From assembly GCA_043228905.1 (NCBI GenBank), contig JBHGNT010000143.1, positions 3,451-67,450 of the forward strand: a DNA stretch of 64,000 nt. The letters run 5' to 3'. The position numbers were made by a program, and so were the translations under genes. The DNA comes from Azolla caroliniana (Eukaryota; Plantae; Polypodiophyta). Each line of letters begins with the position of its first letter. Position 1 is the first letter of the stretch. Positions 1 to 12,995 of this stretch are shown here, in pieces. Below the pieces are notes generated by a model. It was not told the origin of the DNA, did not search any database, and was given only the letters and a program-made list of their open reading frames with translations.

Positions 1-1
1 G

Positions 2-179
2 GACCTGAGTTTCAAAATCTTGATTTTTTAATTCCATATCATAGGTAGCGTCGCCAGCTTCGATTCGCATGTTTGAACACAAAAATCCGATATCACACGA
101 GCCAGGTATGAACATTTTAATTTACTCAAGGGCTCCTCTCAACTCCCTCCTCAAGTTTGCTATTTTCGTCATGTCTCTC
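2..179 (+). repeat. Representative 178-bp monomer (GACCTGAGTTTCAAAATCTTGATTTTTTAATTCC...GTTTGCTATTTTCGTCATGTCTCTC)
   Basis: Read directly; the next unit starts at 180. The start phase is arbitrary. Confidence 0.97.
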
Positions 180-3100
180 GACCTGAGTTTCAAAATCTTG
201 ATTTTTTAATTCCATATCATAGCTAGCGTTGTTTGCTTCGATTTGCATGATTGAACACAAAAATCCGATATCACACGAGCCAGGTATGAACATTTTAATT
301 TACCTACTAGCTCTTCTCAACTCCCTCCTCAAGTTTGCTATTTTCGTCATGTCTCTCGACCTGAGTTTCAAAATCTTGATTTTTTAATTCCATATCATAG
401 CTAGCGTTGTTTGCTTCGATTTGCATGATTGAACACAAAAATCCGATATCACACGAGCCAGGTATGAACATTTTAATTTACCTACTAGCTCTTCTCAACT
501 CCCTCCTCAAGTTTGCTATTTTCGTCATGTCTCTCGACCTGAGTTTCAAAATCTTGATTTTTTAATTCCATATCATAGCTAGCGTTGTTTGCTTCGATTG
601 GCATGATTGAACACAAAAATCCGATATCACACGAGCCCGGTATGAACATTTTAATTTACCTACTAGCTCTTCTCAACTCCCTCCTCAAGTTTGCTATTTT
701 CGTCATGTCTCTCGACCTGAGTTTCAAAATCCTGATTTTTTAATTCCATATCATAGCTAGCGTTGCTAGCTTCGATTTGCATGGTTGAACAGAAAAATCC
801 GATATCACACGAGCCAGGTATGAACATTTTAATTTACTCAAGGGCTCCTCTCAACTCCCTCCTCAAGTTTGCTATTTTCGTCATGTCTCTCGACCTGAGT
901 TTCAAAATCTTGATTTTTTAATTCCATATCATAGCTAGCGTTGTTTGCTTCGATTTGCATGATTGAACACAAAAATCCGATATCACACGAGCCAGGTATG
1001 AACATTTTAATTTACCTACTAGCTCTTCTCAACTCCCTCCTCAAGTTTGCTATTTTCGTCATGTCTCTCGACCTGAGTTTCAAAATCTTGATTTTTTAAT
1101 TCCATATCATAGCTAGCGTTGTTTGCTTCGATTTGCATGATTGAACACAAAAATCCGATATCACACGAGCCAGGTATGAACATTTTAATTTACCTACTAG
1201 CTCTTCTCAACTCCCTCCTCAAGTTTGCTATTTTCGTCATGTCTCTCGACCTGAGTTTCAAAATCTTGATTTTTTAATTCCATATCATAGCTAGCGTTGT
1301 TTGCTTCGATTGGCATGATTGAACACAAAAATCCGATATCACACGAGCCCGGTATGAACATTTTAATTTACCTACTAGCTCTTCTCAACTCCCTCCTCAA
1401 GTTTGCTATTTTCGTCATGTCTCTCGACCTGAGTTTCAAAATCTTGATTTTTTAATTCCATATCATAGGTAGCGTTGTTAGCTTCGATTCGCATGTTTGA
1501 ACACAAAAATCTGATATCACACGAGCTAGGTATGAACATTTTAATTTACCTACTAGCTCTTCTCAACTCAGTCCTCAAGTTTGCTATTTTCGTCATGTCT
1601 CTCGATCTGAGTTTCAAAATCTTGATTTTTTAATTCCATATCATAGCTAGCGTTGCTAGCTTCGATTTGCATGATTGAACACAAAAATCCGATATCACAC
1701 GAGCCCGGTATGAACATTTTAATTTACCTACTAGCTCTTCTCAACTCCCTCCTCAGGTTTGCTATTTTCGTCATGTCTCTCGACCTGAGTTTCAAAATCT
1801 TGTTTTTTTAATTCCATATCATAGGTAGCGTTGTTAGCTTCGATTTGCATGATTGAACACAGAAATCCGATATCACACGAGCCAGGTATGAACATTTTCA
1901 TTTACCTACTAGCTCTTCTCAACTCCCTCCTCAAGTTTGCTATTTTCGTCATGTCTCTGGACCTGAGTTTCAAAATCTTGATTTTTTAATTCCATATCAT
2001 AGGTAGCGTCGCCAGCTTCGATTCGCATGTTTGAACACAAAAATCCGATATCACACGAGCCAGGTATGAACATTTTAATTTACTCAAGGGCTCCTCTCAA
2101 CTCCCTCCTCAAGTTTGCTATTTTCGTCATGTCTCTCGACCTGAGTTTCAAAATCTTGATTTTTTAATTCCATATCATAGCTAGCGTTGCTAGCTTCGAT
2201 TTGCATGGTTGAACACAAAAATCCGATATCACACGAGCCAGGTATGAACATTTTAATTTACTCAAGGGCTCCTCTCAACTCCCTCCTCAAGTTTGCTATT
2301 TTCGTCATGTCTCTCGACCTGAGTTTGAAAATCTTGATTTTTTAATTCCATATCATAGGTAGCGTTGTTAGCTTCGATTCGCATGTTTGAACACAAGAAT
2401 CCGATATCACACGAGCCAGGTATGAACATTTTAATTTACTCAAGGGCTCCTCTCAACTCCCTCCTCAAGTTTGCTATTTTCGTCATGTCTCTCGACCTGA
2501 GTTTCAAAATCTTGATTTTTTAATTCCATATCATAGCTAGCGTTGTTTGCTTCGATTTGCATGATTGAACACAAAAATACGATATCACACGAGCCCGGTA
2601 TGAACATTTTAATTTACCTACTAGCTCTTCTCAACTCCCTCCTCAAGTTTGCTATTTTCGTCATGTCTCTCGACCTGAGTTTCAAAATCTTGTTTTTTTA
2701 ATTCCATATCATAGCTAGCGTTGTTAGCTTCGATTTGCATGATTGAACACAAAAATCCGATATCACACGAGCCAGGTATGAACATTTTAATTTACCTACT
2801 AGCTCTTCTCAACTCCCTCCTCAAGTTTGCTATTTTCGTCATGTCTCTCGACCTGAGTTTCAAAATCCTGATTTTTTAATTCCATATCATAGCTAGCGTT
2901 GCTAGCTTCGATTTGCATGGTTGAACAGAAAAATCCGATATCACACGAGCCAGGTATGAACATTTTAATTTACTCAAGGGCTCCTCTCAACTCCCTCCTC
3001 AAGTTTGCTATTTTCGTCATGTCTCTCGACCTGAGTTTCAAAATCTTGATTTTTTAATTCCATATCATAGCTAGCGTTGTTTGCTTCGATTTGCATGATT

Positions 3101-6100
3101 GAACACAAAAATCCGATATCACACGAGCCAGGTATGAACATTTTAATTTACCTACTAGCTCTTCTCAACTCCCTCCTCAAGTTTGCTATTTTCGTCATGT
3201 CTCTCGACCTGAGTTTCAAAATCTTGATTTTTTAATTCCATATCATAGCTAGCGTTGTTTGCTTCGATTTGCATGATTGAACACAAAAATCCGATATCAC
3301 ACGAGCCAGGTATGAACATTTTAATTTACCTACTAGCTCTTCTCAACTCCCTCCTCAAGTTTGCTATTTTCGTCATGTCTCTCGACCTGAGTTTCAAAAT
3401 CTTGATTTTTTAATTCCATATCATAGCTAGCGTTGTTTGCTTCGATTGGCATGATTGAACACAAAAATCCGATATCACACGAGCCCGGTATGAACATTTT
3501 AATTTACCTACTAGCTCTTCTCAACTCCCTCCTCAAGTTTGCTATTTTCGTCATGTCTCTCGACCTGAGTTTCAAAATCTTGATTTTTTAATTCCATATC
3601 ATAGGTAGCGTTGTTAGCTTCGATTCGCATGTTTGAACACAAAAATCTGATATCACACGAGCTAGGTATGAACATTTTTATTTACCTACTAGCTCTTCTC
3701 AACTCAGTCCTCAAGTTTGCTATTTTCGTCATGTCTCTCGATCTGAGTTTCAAAATCTTGATTTTTTAATTCCATATCATAGCTAGCGTTGCTAGCTTCG
3801 ATTTGCATGATTGAACACAAACATCCGATATCACACGAGCCCGGTATGAACATTTTAATTTACCTACTAGCTCTTCTCAACTCCCTCCTCAGGTTTGCTA
3901 TTTTCGTCATGTCTCTCGACCTGAGTTTCAAAATCTTGTTTTTTTAATTCCATATCATAGGTAGCGTTGTTAGCTTCGATTTGCATGATTGAACACAGAA
4001 ATCCGATATCACACGAGCCAGGTATGAACATTTTAATTTACCTACTAGCTCTTCTCAACTCCCTCCTCAAGTTTGCTATTTTCGTCATGTCTCTCGACCT
4101 GAGTTTCAAAATCTTGATTTTTTAATTCCATATCATAGCTAGCGTTGCTAGCTTCGATTTGCATGGTTGAACACAAAAATCCGATATCACACGAGCCAGG
4201 TATGAACATTTTAATTTACCTACTAGCTCTTCTCAACTCCCTCCTCAAGTTTGCTATTTTCGTCATGTCTCTCGACCTGAGTTTCAAAATCCTGATTTTT
4301 TAATTCCATATCATAGCTAGCGTTGCTAGCTTCGATTTGCATGGTTGAACACAAAAATCCGATATCAAACGAGCCAGGTATGAACATTTTAATTTACCTA
4401 CTAGCTCTTCTCAACTCCCTCCTCAAGTTTGCTATTTTCGTCATGTCTCTCGACCTGAGTTTCAAAATCCTGATTTTTTAATTCCATATCATAGCTAGCG
4501 TTGCTAGCTTCGATTTGCATGGTTGAACACAAAAATCCGATATCACACGAGCCAGGTATGAACATTTTAATTTACCTACTAGCTCTTCTCAACTCCCTCC
4601 TCAAGTTTGCTATTTTCGTCATGTCTCTCGACCTGAGTTTCAAAATCTTCTTTTTTTAATTCCATATCATAGCTAGCGTTGTTTGCTTCGATTTGCATGA
4701 TTGAACACAAAAATCCGATATCACACGAGCCAGGTATGAACATTTTAATTTACCTACTAGCTCTTCTCAACTCCCTCCTCAAGTTTGCTATTTTCGTCAT
4801 GTCTCTCGACCTGAGTTTCAAAATCTTGATTTTTTAATTCCATATCATAGCTAGCGTTGTTTGCTTCGATTTGCATGATTGAACACAAAAATCCGATATC
4901 ACACGAGCCAGGTATGAACATTTTCATTTACCTACTAGCTCTTCTCAACTCCCTCCTCAAGTTTGCTATTTTCCTCATGTCTCTCGACCTGAGTTTCAAA
5001 ATCTTGATTTTTTAATTCCATATCATAGCTAGCGTTGCTAGCTTCGATTTGCATGATTGAACACAAAAATCCGATATCACACGAGCCAGGTATGAACATT
5101 TTAATTTACCTACTAGCTCTTCTCAACTCCCTCCTCAAGTTTGCTATTTTCGTCATGTCTCTCGACCTGAGTTTCAAAATCTTGATTTTTTAATTCCATA
5201 TCATAGCTAGCGTTGTTTGCTTCGATTGGCATGATTGAACACAAAAATCCGATATCACACGAGCCCGGTATGAACATTTTAATTTACCTACTAGCTCTTC
5301 TCAACTCCCTCCTCAAGTTTGCTATTTTCGTCATGTCTCTCGACCTGAGTTTCAAAATCTTGATTTTTTAATTCCATATCATAGGTAGCGTTGTTAGCTT
5401 CGATTCGCATGTTTGAACACAAAAATCTGATATCACACGAGCTAGGTATGAACATTTTAATTTACCTACTAGCTCTTCTCAACTCAGTCCTCAAGTTTGC
5501 TATTTTCGTCATGTCTCTCGACCTGAGTTTCAAAATCTTGATTTTTTAATTCCATATCATAGCTAGCGTTGCTAGCTTCGATTTGCATGATTGAACACAA
5601 AAATCCGATATCACACGAGCCCGGTATGAACATTTTAATTTACCTACTAGCTCTTCTCAACTCCCTCCTCAGGTTTGCTATTTTCGTCATGTCTCTCGAC
5701 CTGAGTTTCAAAATCTTGTTTTTTTAATTCCATATCATAGCTAGCGTTGTTAGCTTCGATTTGCATGATTGAACACAGAAATCCGATATCACACGAGCCA
5801 GGTATGAACATTTTCATTTACCTACTAGCTCTTCTCAACTCCCTCCTCAAGTTTGCTATTTTCGTCATGTCTCTGGACCTGAGTTTCAAAATCTTGATTT
5901 TTTAATTCCATATCATAGGTAGCGTCGCCAGCTTCGATTCGCATGTTTGAACACAAAAATCCGATATCACACGAGCCAGGTATGAACATTTTAATTTACT
6001 CAAGGGCTCCTCTCAACTCCCTCCTCAAGTTTGCTATTTTCGTCATGTCTCTCGACCTGAGTTTCAAAATCTTGATTTTTTAATTCCATATCATAGCTAG

Positions 6101-6587
6101 CGTTGCTAGCTTCGATTTGCATGGTTGAACACAAAAATCCGATATCACACGAGCCAGGTATGAACATTTTAATTTACTCAAGGGCTCCTCTCAACTCCCT
6201 CCTCAAGTTTGCTATTTTCGTCATGTCTCTCGACCTGAGTTTGAAAATCTTGATTTTTTAATTCCATATCATAGGTAGCGTTGTTAGCTTCGATTCGCAT
6301 GTTTGAACACAAGAATCCGATATCACACGAGCCAGGTATGAACATTTTAATTTACTCAAGGGCTCCTCTCAACTCCCTCCTCAAGTTTGCTATTTTCGTC
6401 ATGTCTCTCGACCTGAGTTTCAAAATCTTGATTTTTTAATTCCATATCATAGCTAGCCTTGTTTGCTTCGATTTGCATGATTGAACACAAAAATACGATA
6501 TCACACGAGCCCGGTATGAACATTTTAATTTACCTACTAGCTCTTCTCAACTCCCTCCTCAAGTTTGCTATTTTCGTCATGTCTCTC

Positions 6588-9500
6588 GACCTGAGTTTCA
6601 AAATCTTGATTTTTTAATTCCATATCATAGGTAGCGTTGTTAGCTTCGATTCGCATGTTTGAACACAAAAATCTGATATCACACGAGCTAGGTATGAACA
6701 TTTTAATTTACCTACTAGCTCTTCTCAACTCAGTCCTCAAGTTTGCTATTTTCGTCATGTCTCTCGATCTGAGTTTCAAAATCTTGATTTTTTAATTCCA
6801 TATCATAGCTAGCGTTGCTAGCTTCGATTTGCATGATTGAACACAAAAATCCGATATCACACGAGCCCGGTATGAACATTTTAATTTACCTACTAGCTCT
6901 TCTCAACTCCCTCCTCAGGTTTGCTATTTTCGTCATGTCTCTCGACCTGAGTTTCAAAATCTTGTTTTTTTAATTCCATATCATAGCTAGCGTTGTTAGC
7001 TTCGATTTGCATGATTGAACACAGAAATCCGATATCACACGAGCCAGGTATGAACATTTTCATTTACCTACTAGCTCTTCTCAACTCCCTCCTCAAGTTT
7101 GCTATTTTCGTCATGTCTCTGGACCTGAGTTTCAAAATCTTGATTTTTTAATTCCATATCATAGGTAGCGTCGCCAGCTTCGATTCGCATGTTTGAACAC
7201 AAAAATCCGATATCACACGAGCCAGGTATGAACATTTTAATTTACTCAAGGGCTCCTCTCAACTCCCTCCTCAAGTTTGCTATTTTCGTCATGTCTCTCG
7301 ACCTGAGTTTCAAAATCTTGATTTTTTAATTCCATATCATAGCTAGCGTTGCTAGCTTCGATTTGCATGGTTGAACACAAAAATCCGATATCACACGAGC
7401 CAGGTATGAACATTTTAATTTACTCAAGGGCTCCTCTCAACTCCCTCCTCAAGTTTGCTATTTTCGTCATGTCTCTCGACCTGAGTTTGAAAATCTTGAT
7501 TTTTTAATTCCATATCATAGGTAGCGTTGTTAGCTTCGATTCGCATGTTTGAACACAAGAATCCGATATCACACGAGCCAGGTATGAACATTTTAATTTA
7601 CTCAAGGGCTCCTCTCAACTCCCTCCTCAAGTTTGCTATTTTCGTCATGTCTCTCGACCTGAGTTTCAAAATCTTGATTTTTTAATTCCATATCATAGCT
7701 AGCCTTGTTTGCTTCGATTTGCATGATTGAACACAAAAATACGATATCACACGAGCCCGGTATGAACATTTTAATTTACCTACTAGCTCTTCTCAACTCC
7801 CTCCTCAAGTTTGCTATTTTCGTCATGTCTCTCGACCTGAGTTTCAAAATCTTGTTTTTTTAATTCCATATCATAGCTAGCGTTGTTAGCTTCGATTTGC
7901 ATGATTGAACACAAAAATCCGATATCACACGAGCCAGGTATGAACATTTTAATTTACCTACTAGCTCTTCTCAACTCCCTCCTCAAGTTTGCTATTTTCG
8001 TCATGTCTCTCGACCTGAGTTTCAAAATCCTGATTTTTTAATTCCATATCATAGCTAGCGTTGCTAGCTTCGATTTGCATGGTTGAACAGAAAAATCCGA
8101 TATCACACGAGCCAGGTATGAACATTTTAATTTACTCAAGGGCTCCTCTCAACTCCCTCCTCAAGTTTGCTATTTTCGTCATGTCTCTCGACCTGAGTTT
8201 CAAAATCTTGATTTTTTAATTCCATATCATAGCTAGCGTTGTTTGCTTCGATTTGCATGATTGAACACAAAAATCCGATATCACACGAGCCAGGTATGAA
8301 CATTTTAATTTACCTACTAGCTCTTCTCAACTCCCTCCTCAAGTTTGCTATTTTCGTCATGTCTCTCGACCTGAGTTTCAAAATCTTGATTTTTTAATTC
8401 CATATCATAGCTAGCGTTGTTTGCTTCGATTTGCATGATTGAACACAAAAATCCGATATCACACGAGCCAGGTATGAACATTTTAATTTACCTACTAGCT
8501 CTTCTCAACTCCCTCCTCAAGTTTGCTATTTTCGTCATGTCTCTCGACCTGAGTTTCAAAATCTTGATTTTTTAATTCCATATCATAGCTAGCGTTGTTT
8601 GCTTCGATTGGCATGATTGAACACAAAAATCCGATATCACACGAGCCCGGTATGAACATTTTAATTTACCTACTAGCTCTTCTCAACTCCCTCCTCAAGT
8701 TTGCTATTTTCGTCATGTCTCTCGACCTGAGTTTCAAAATCTTGATTTTTTAATTCCATATCATAGGTAGCGTTGTTAGCTTCGATTCGCATGTTTGAAC
8801 ACAAAAATCTGATATCACACGAGCTAGGTATGAACATTTTAATTTACCTACTAGCTCTTCTCAACTCAGTCCTCAAGTTTGCTATTTTCGTCATGTCTCT
8901 CGATCTGAGTTTCAAAATCTTGATTTTTTAATTCCATATCATAGCTAGCGTTGCTAGCTTCGATTTGCATGATTGAACACAAAAATCCGATATCACACGA
9001 GCCCGGTATGAACATTTTAATTTACCTACTAGCTCTTCTCAACTCCCTCCTCAGGTTTGCTATTTTCGTCATGTCTCTCGACCTGAGTTTCAAAATCTTG
9101 TTTTTTTAATTCCATATCATAGCTAGCGTTGTTAGCTTCGATTTGCATGATTGAACACAGAAATCCGATATCACACGAGCCAGGTATGAACATTTTCATT
9201 TACCTACTAGCTCTTCTCAACTCCCTCCTCAAGTTTGCTATTTTCGTCATGTCTCTGGACCTGAGTTTCAAAATCTTGATTTTTTAATTCCATATCATAG
9301 GTAGCGTCGCCAGCTTCGATTCGCATGTTTGAACACAAAAATCCGATATCACACGAGCCAGGTATGAACATTTTAATTTACTCAAGGGCTCCTCTCAACT
9401 CCCTCCTCAAGTTTGCTATTTTCGTCATGTCTCTCGACCTGAGTTTCAAAATCTTGATTTTTTAATTCCATATCATAGCTAGCGTTGCTAGCTTCGATTT

Positions 9501-12500
9501 GCATGGTTGAACACAAAAATCCGATATCACACGAGCCAGGTATGAACATTTTAATTTACTCAAGGGCTCCTCTCAACTCCCTCCTCAAGTTTGCTATTTT
9601 CGTCATGTCTCTCGACCTGAGTTTGAAAATCTTGATTTTTTAATTCCATATCATAGGTAGCGTTGTTAGCTTCGATTCGCATGTTTGAACACAAGAATCC
9701 GATATCACACGAGCCAGGTATGAACATTTTAATTTACTCAAGGGCTCCTCTCAACTCCCTCCTCAAGTTTGCTATTTTCGTCATGTCTCTCGACCTGAGT
9801 TTCAAAATCTTGATTTTTTAATTCCATATCATAGCTAGCCTTGTTTGCTTCGATTTGCATGATTGAACACAAAAATACGATATCACACGAGCCCGGTATG
9901 AACATTTTAATTTACCTACTAGCTCTTCTCAACTCCCTCCTCAAGTTTGCTATTTTCGTCATGTCTCTCGACCTGAGTTTCAAAATCTTGTTTTTTTAAT
10001 TCCATATCATAGCTAGCGTTGTTAGCTTCGATTTGCATGATTGAACACAAAAATCCGATATCACACGAGCCAGGTATGAACATTTTAATTTACCTACTAG
10101 CTCTTCTCAACTCCCTCCTCAAGTTTGCTATTTTCGTCATGTCTCTCGACCTGAGTTTCAAAATCCTGATTTTTTAATTCCATATCATAGCTAGCGTTGC
10201 TAGCTTCGATTTGCATGGTTGAACAGAAAAATCCGATATCACACGAGCCAGGTATGAACATTTTAATTTACTCAAGGGCTCCTCTCAACTCCCTCCTCAA
10301 GTTTGCTATTTTCGTCATGTCTCTCGACCTGAGTTTCAAAATCTTGATTTTTTAATTCCATATCATAGCTAGCGTTGTTTGCTTCGATTTGCATGATTGA
10401 ACACAAAAATCCGATATCACACGAGCCAGGTATGAACATTTTAATTTACCTACTAGCTCTTCTCAACTCCCTCCTCAAGTTTGCTATTTTCGTCATGTCT
10501 CTCGACCTGAGTTTCAAAATCTTGATTTTTTAATTCCATATCATAGCTAGCGTTGTTTGCTTCGATTTGCATGATTGAACACAAAAATCCGATATCACAC
10601 GAGCCAGGTATGAACATTTTAATTTACCTACTAGCTCTTCTCAACTCCCTCCTCAAGTTTGCTATTTTCGTCATGTCTCTCGACCTGAGTTTCAAAATCT
10701 TGATTTTTTAATTCCATATCATAGCTAGCGTTGTTTGCTTCGATTGGCATGATTGAACACAAAAATCCGATATCACACGAGCCCGGTATGAACATTTTAA
10801 TTTACCTACTAGCTCTTCTCAACTCCCTCCTCAAGTTTGCTATTTTCGTCATGTCTCTCGACCTGAGTTTCAAAATCCTGATTTTTTAATTCCATATCAT
10901 AGGTAGCGTTGTTAGCTTCGATTCGCATGTTTGAACACAAAAATCTGATATCACACGAGCTAGGTATGAACATTTTAATTTACCTACTAGCTCTTCTCAA
11001 CTCAGTCCTCAAGTTTGCTATTTTCGTCATGTCTCTCGATCTGAGTTTCAAAATCTTGATTTTTTAATTCCATATCATAGCTAGCGTTGCTAGCTTCGAT
11101 TTGCATGATTGAACACAAAAATCCGATATCACACGAGCCCGGTATGAACATTTTAATTTACCTACTAGCTCTTCTCAACTCCCTCCTCAGGTTTGCTATT
11201 TTCGTCATGTCTCTCGACCTGAGTTTCAAAATCTTGTTTTTTTAATTCCATATCATAGCTAGCGTTGTTAGCTTCGATTTGCATGATTGAACACAGAAAT
11301 CCGATATCACACGAGCCAGGTATGAACATTTTCATTTACCTACTAGCTCTTCTCAACTCCCTCCTCAAGTTTGCTATTTTCGTCATGTCTCTGGACCTGA
11401 GTTTCAAAATCTTGATTTTTTAATTCCATATCATAGGTAGCGTCGCCAGCTTCGATTCGCATGTTTGAACACAAAAATCCGATATCACACGAGCCAGGTA
11501 TGAACATTTTAATTTACTCAAGGGCTCCTCTCAACTCCCTCCTCAAGTTTGCTATTTTCGTCATGTCTCTCGACCTGAGTTTCAAAATCTTGATTTTTTA
11601 ATTCCATATCATAGCTAGCGTTGCTAGCTTCGATTTGCATGGTTGAACACAAAAATCCGATATCACACGAGCCAGGTATGAACATTTTAATTTACTCAAG
11701 GGCTCCTCTCAACTCCCTCCTCAAGTTTGCTATTTTCGTCATGTCTCTCGACCTGAGTTTGAAAATCTTGATTTTTTAATTCCATATCATAGGTAGCGTT
11801 GTTAGCTTCGATTCGCATGTTTGAACACAAGAATCCGATATCACACGAGCCAGGTATGAACATTTTAATTTACTCAAGGGCTCCTCTCAACTCCCTCCTC
11901 AAGTTTGCTATTTTCGTCATGTCTCTCGACCTGAGTTTCAAAATCTTGATTTTTTAATTCCATATCATAGCTAGCCTTGTTTGCTTCGATTTGCATGATT
12001 GAACACAAAAATACGATATCACACGAGCCCGGTATGAACATTTTAATTTACCTACTAGCTCTTCTCAACTCCCTCCTCAAGTTTGCTATTTTCGTCATGT
12101 CTCTCGACCTGAGTTTCAAAATCTTGTTTTTTTAATTCCATATCATAGCTAGCGTTGTTAGCTTCGATTTGCATGATTGAACACAAAAATCCGATATCAC
12201 ACGAGCCAGGTATGAACATTTTAATTTACCTACTAGCTCTTCTCAACTCCCTCCTCAAGTTTGCTATTTTCGTCATGTCTCTCGACCTGAGTTTCAAAAT
12301 CCTGATTTTTTAATTCCATATCATAGCTAGCGTTGCTAGCTTCGATTTGCATGGTTGAACAGAAAAATCCGATATCACACGAGCCAGGTATGAACATTTT
12401 AATTTACTCAAGGGCTCCTCTCAACTCCCTCCTCAAGTTTGCTATTTTCGTCATGTCTCTCGACCTGAGTTTCAAAATCTTGATTTTTTAATTCCATATC

Positions 12501-12995
12501 ATAGCTAGCGTTGTTTGCTTCGATTTGCATGATTGAACACAAAAATCCGATATCACACGAGCCAGGTATGAACATTTTAATTTACCTACTAGCTCTTCTC
12601 AACTCCCTCCTCAAGTTTGCTATTTTCGTCATGTCTCTCGACCTGAGTTTCAAAATCTTGATTTTTTAATTCCATATCATAGCTAGCGTTGTTTGCTTCG
12701 ATTTGCATGATTGAACACAAAAATCCGATATCACACGAGCCAGGTATGAACATTTTAATTTACCTACTAGCTCTTCTCAACTCCCTCCTCAAGTTTGCTA
12801 TTTTCGTCATGTCTCTCGACCTGAGTTTCAAAATCTTGATTTTTTAATTCCATATCATAGCTAGCGTTGTTTGCTTCGATTGGCATGATTGAACACAAAA
12901 ATCCGATATCACACGAGCCCGGTATGAACATTTTAATTTACCTACTAGCTCTTCTCAACTCCCTCCTCAAGTTTGCTATTTTCGTCATGTCTCTC
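6588..12995. repeat. Higher-order repeat A: 3 x 12 monomers (2136 bp)
   Basis: GTCGCC monomers start at 7122, 9258 and 11394; ATCTGA/GCTAGG/TCAGTC monomers start at 6588, 8724 and 10860. All spacings are 2136. Confidence 0.9.

Noticed and set aside
14-33. AAAATC-TT-GATTTT followed by T-run as an intrinsic terminator
   Set aside because: The stem is weak and AT-rich with a 2-nt loop, and there is no transcription unit. It is noted only as a dyad.
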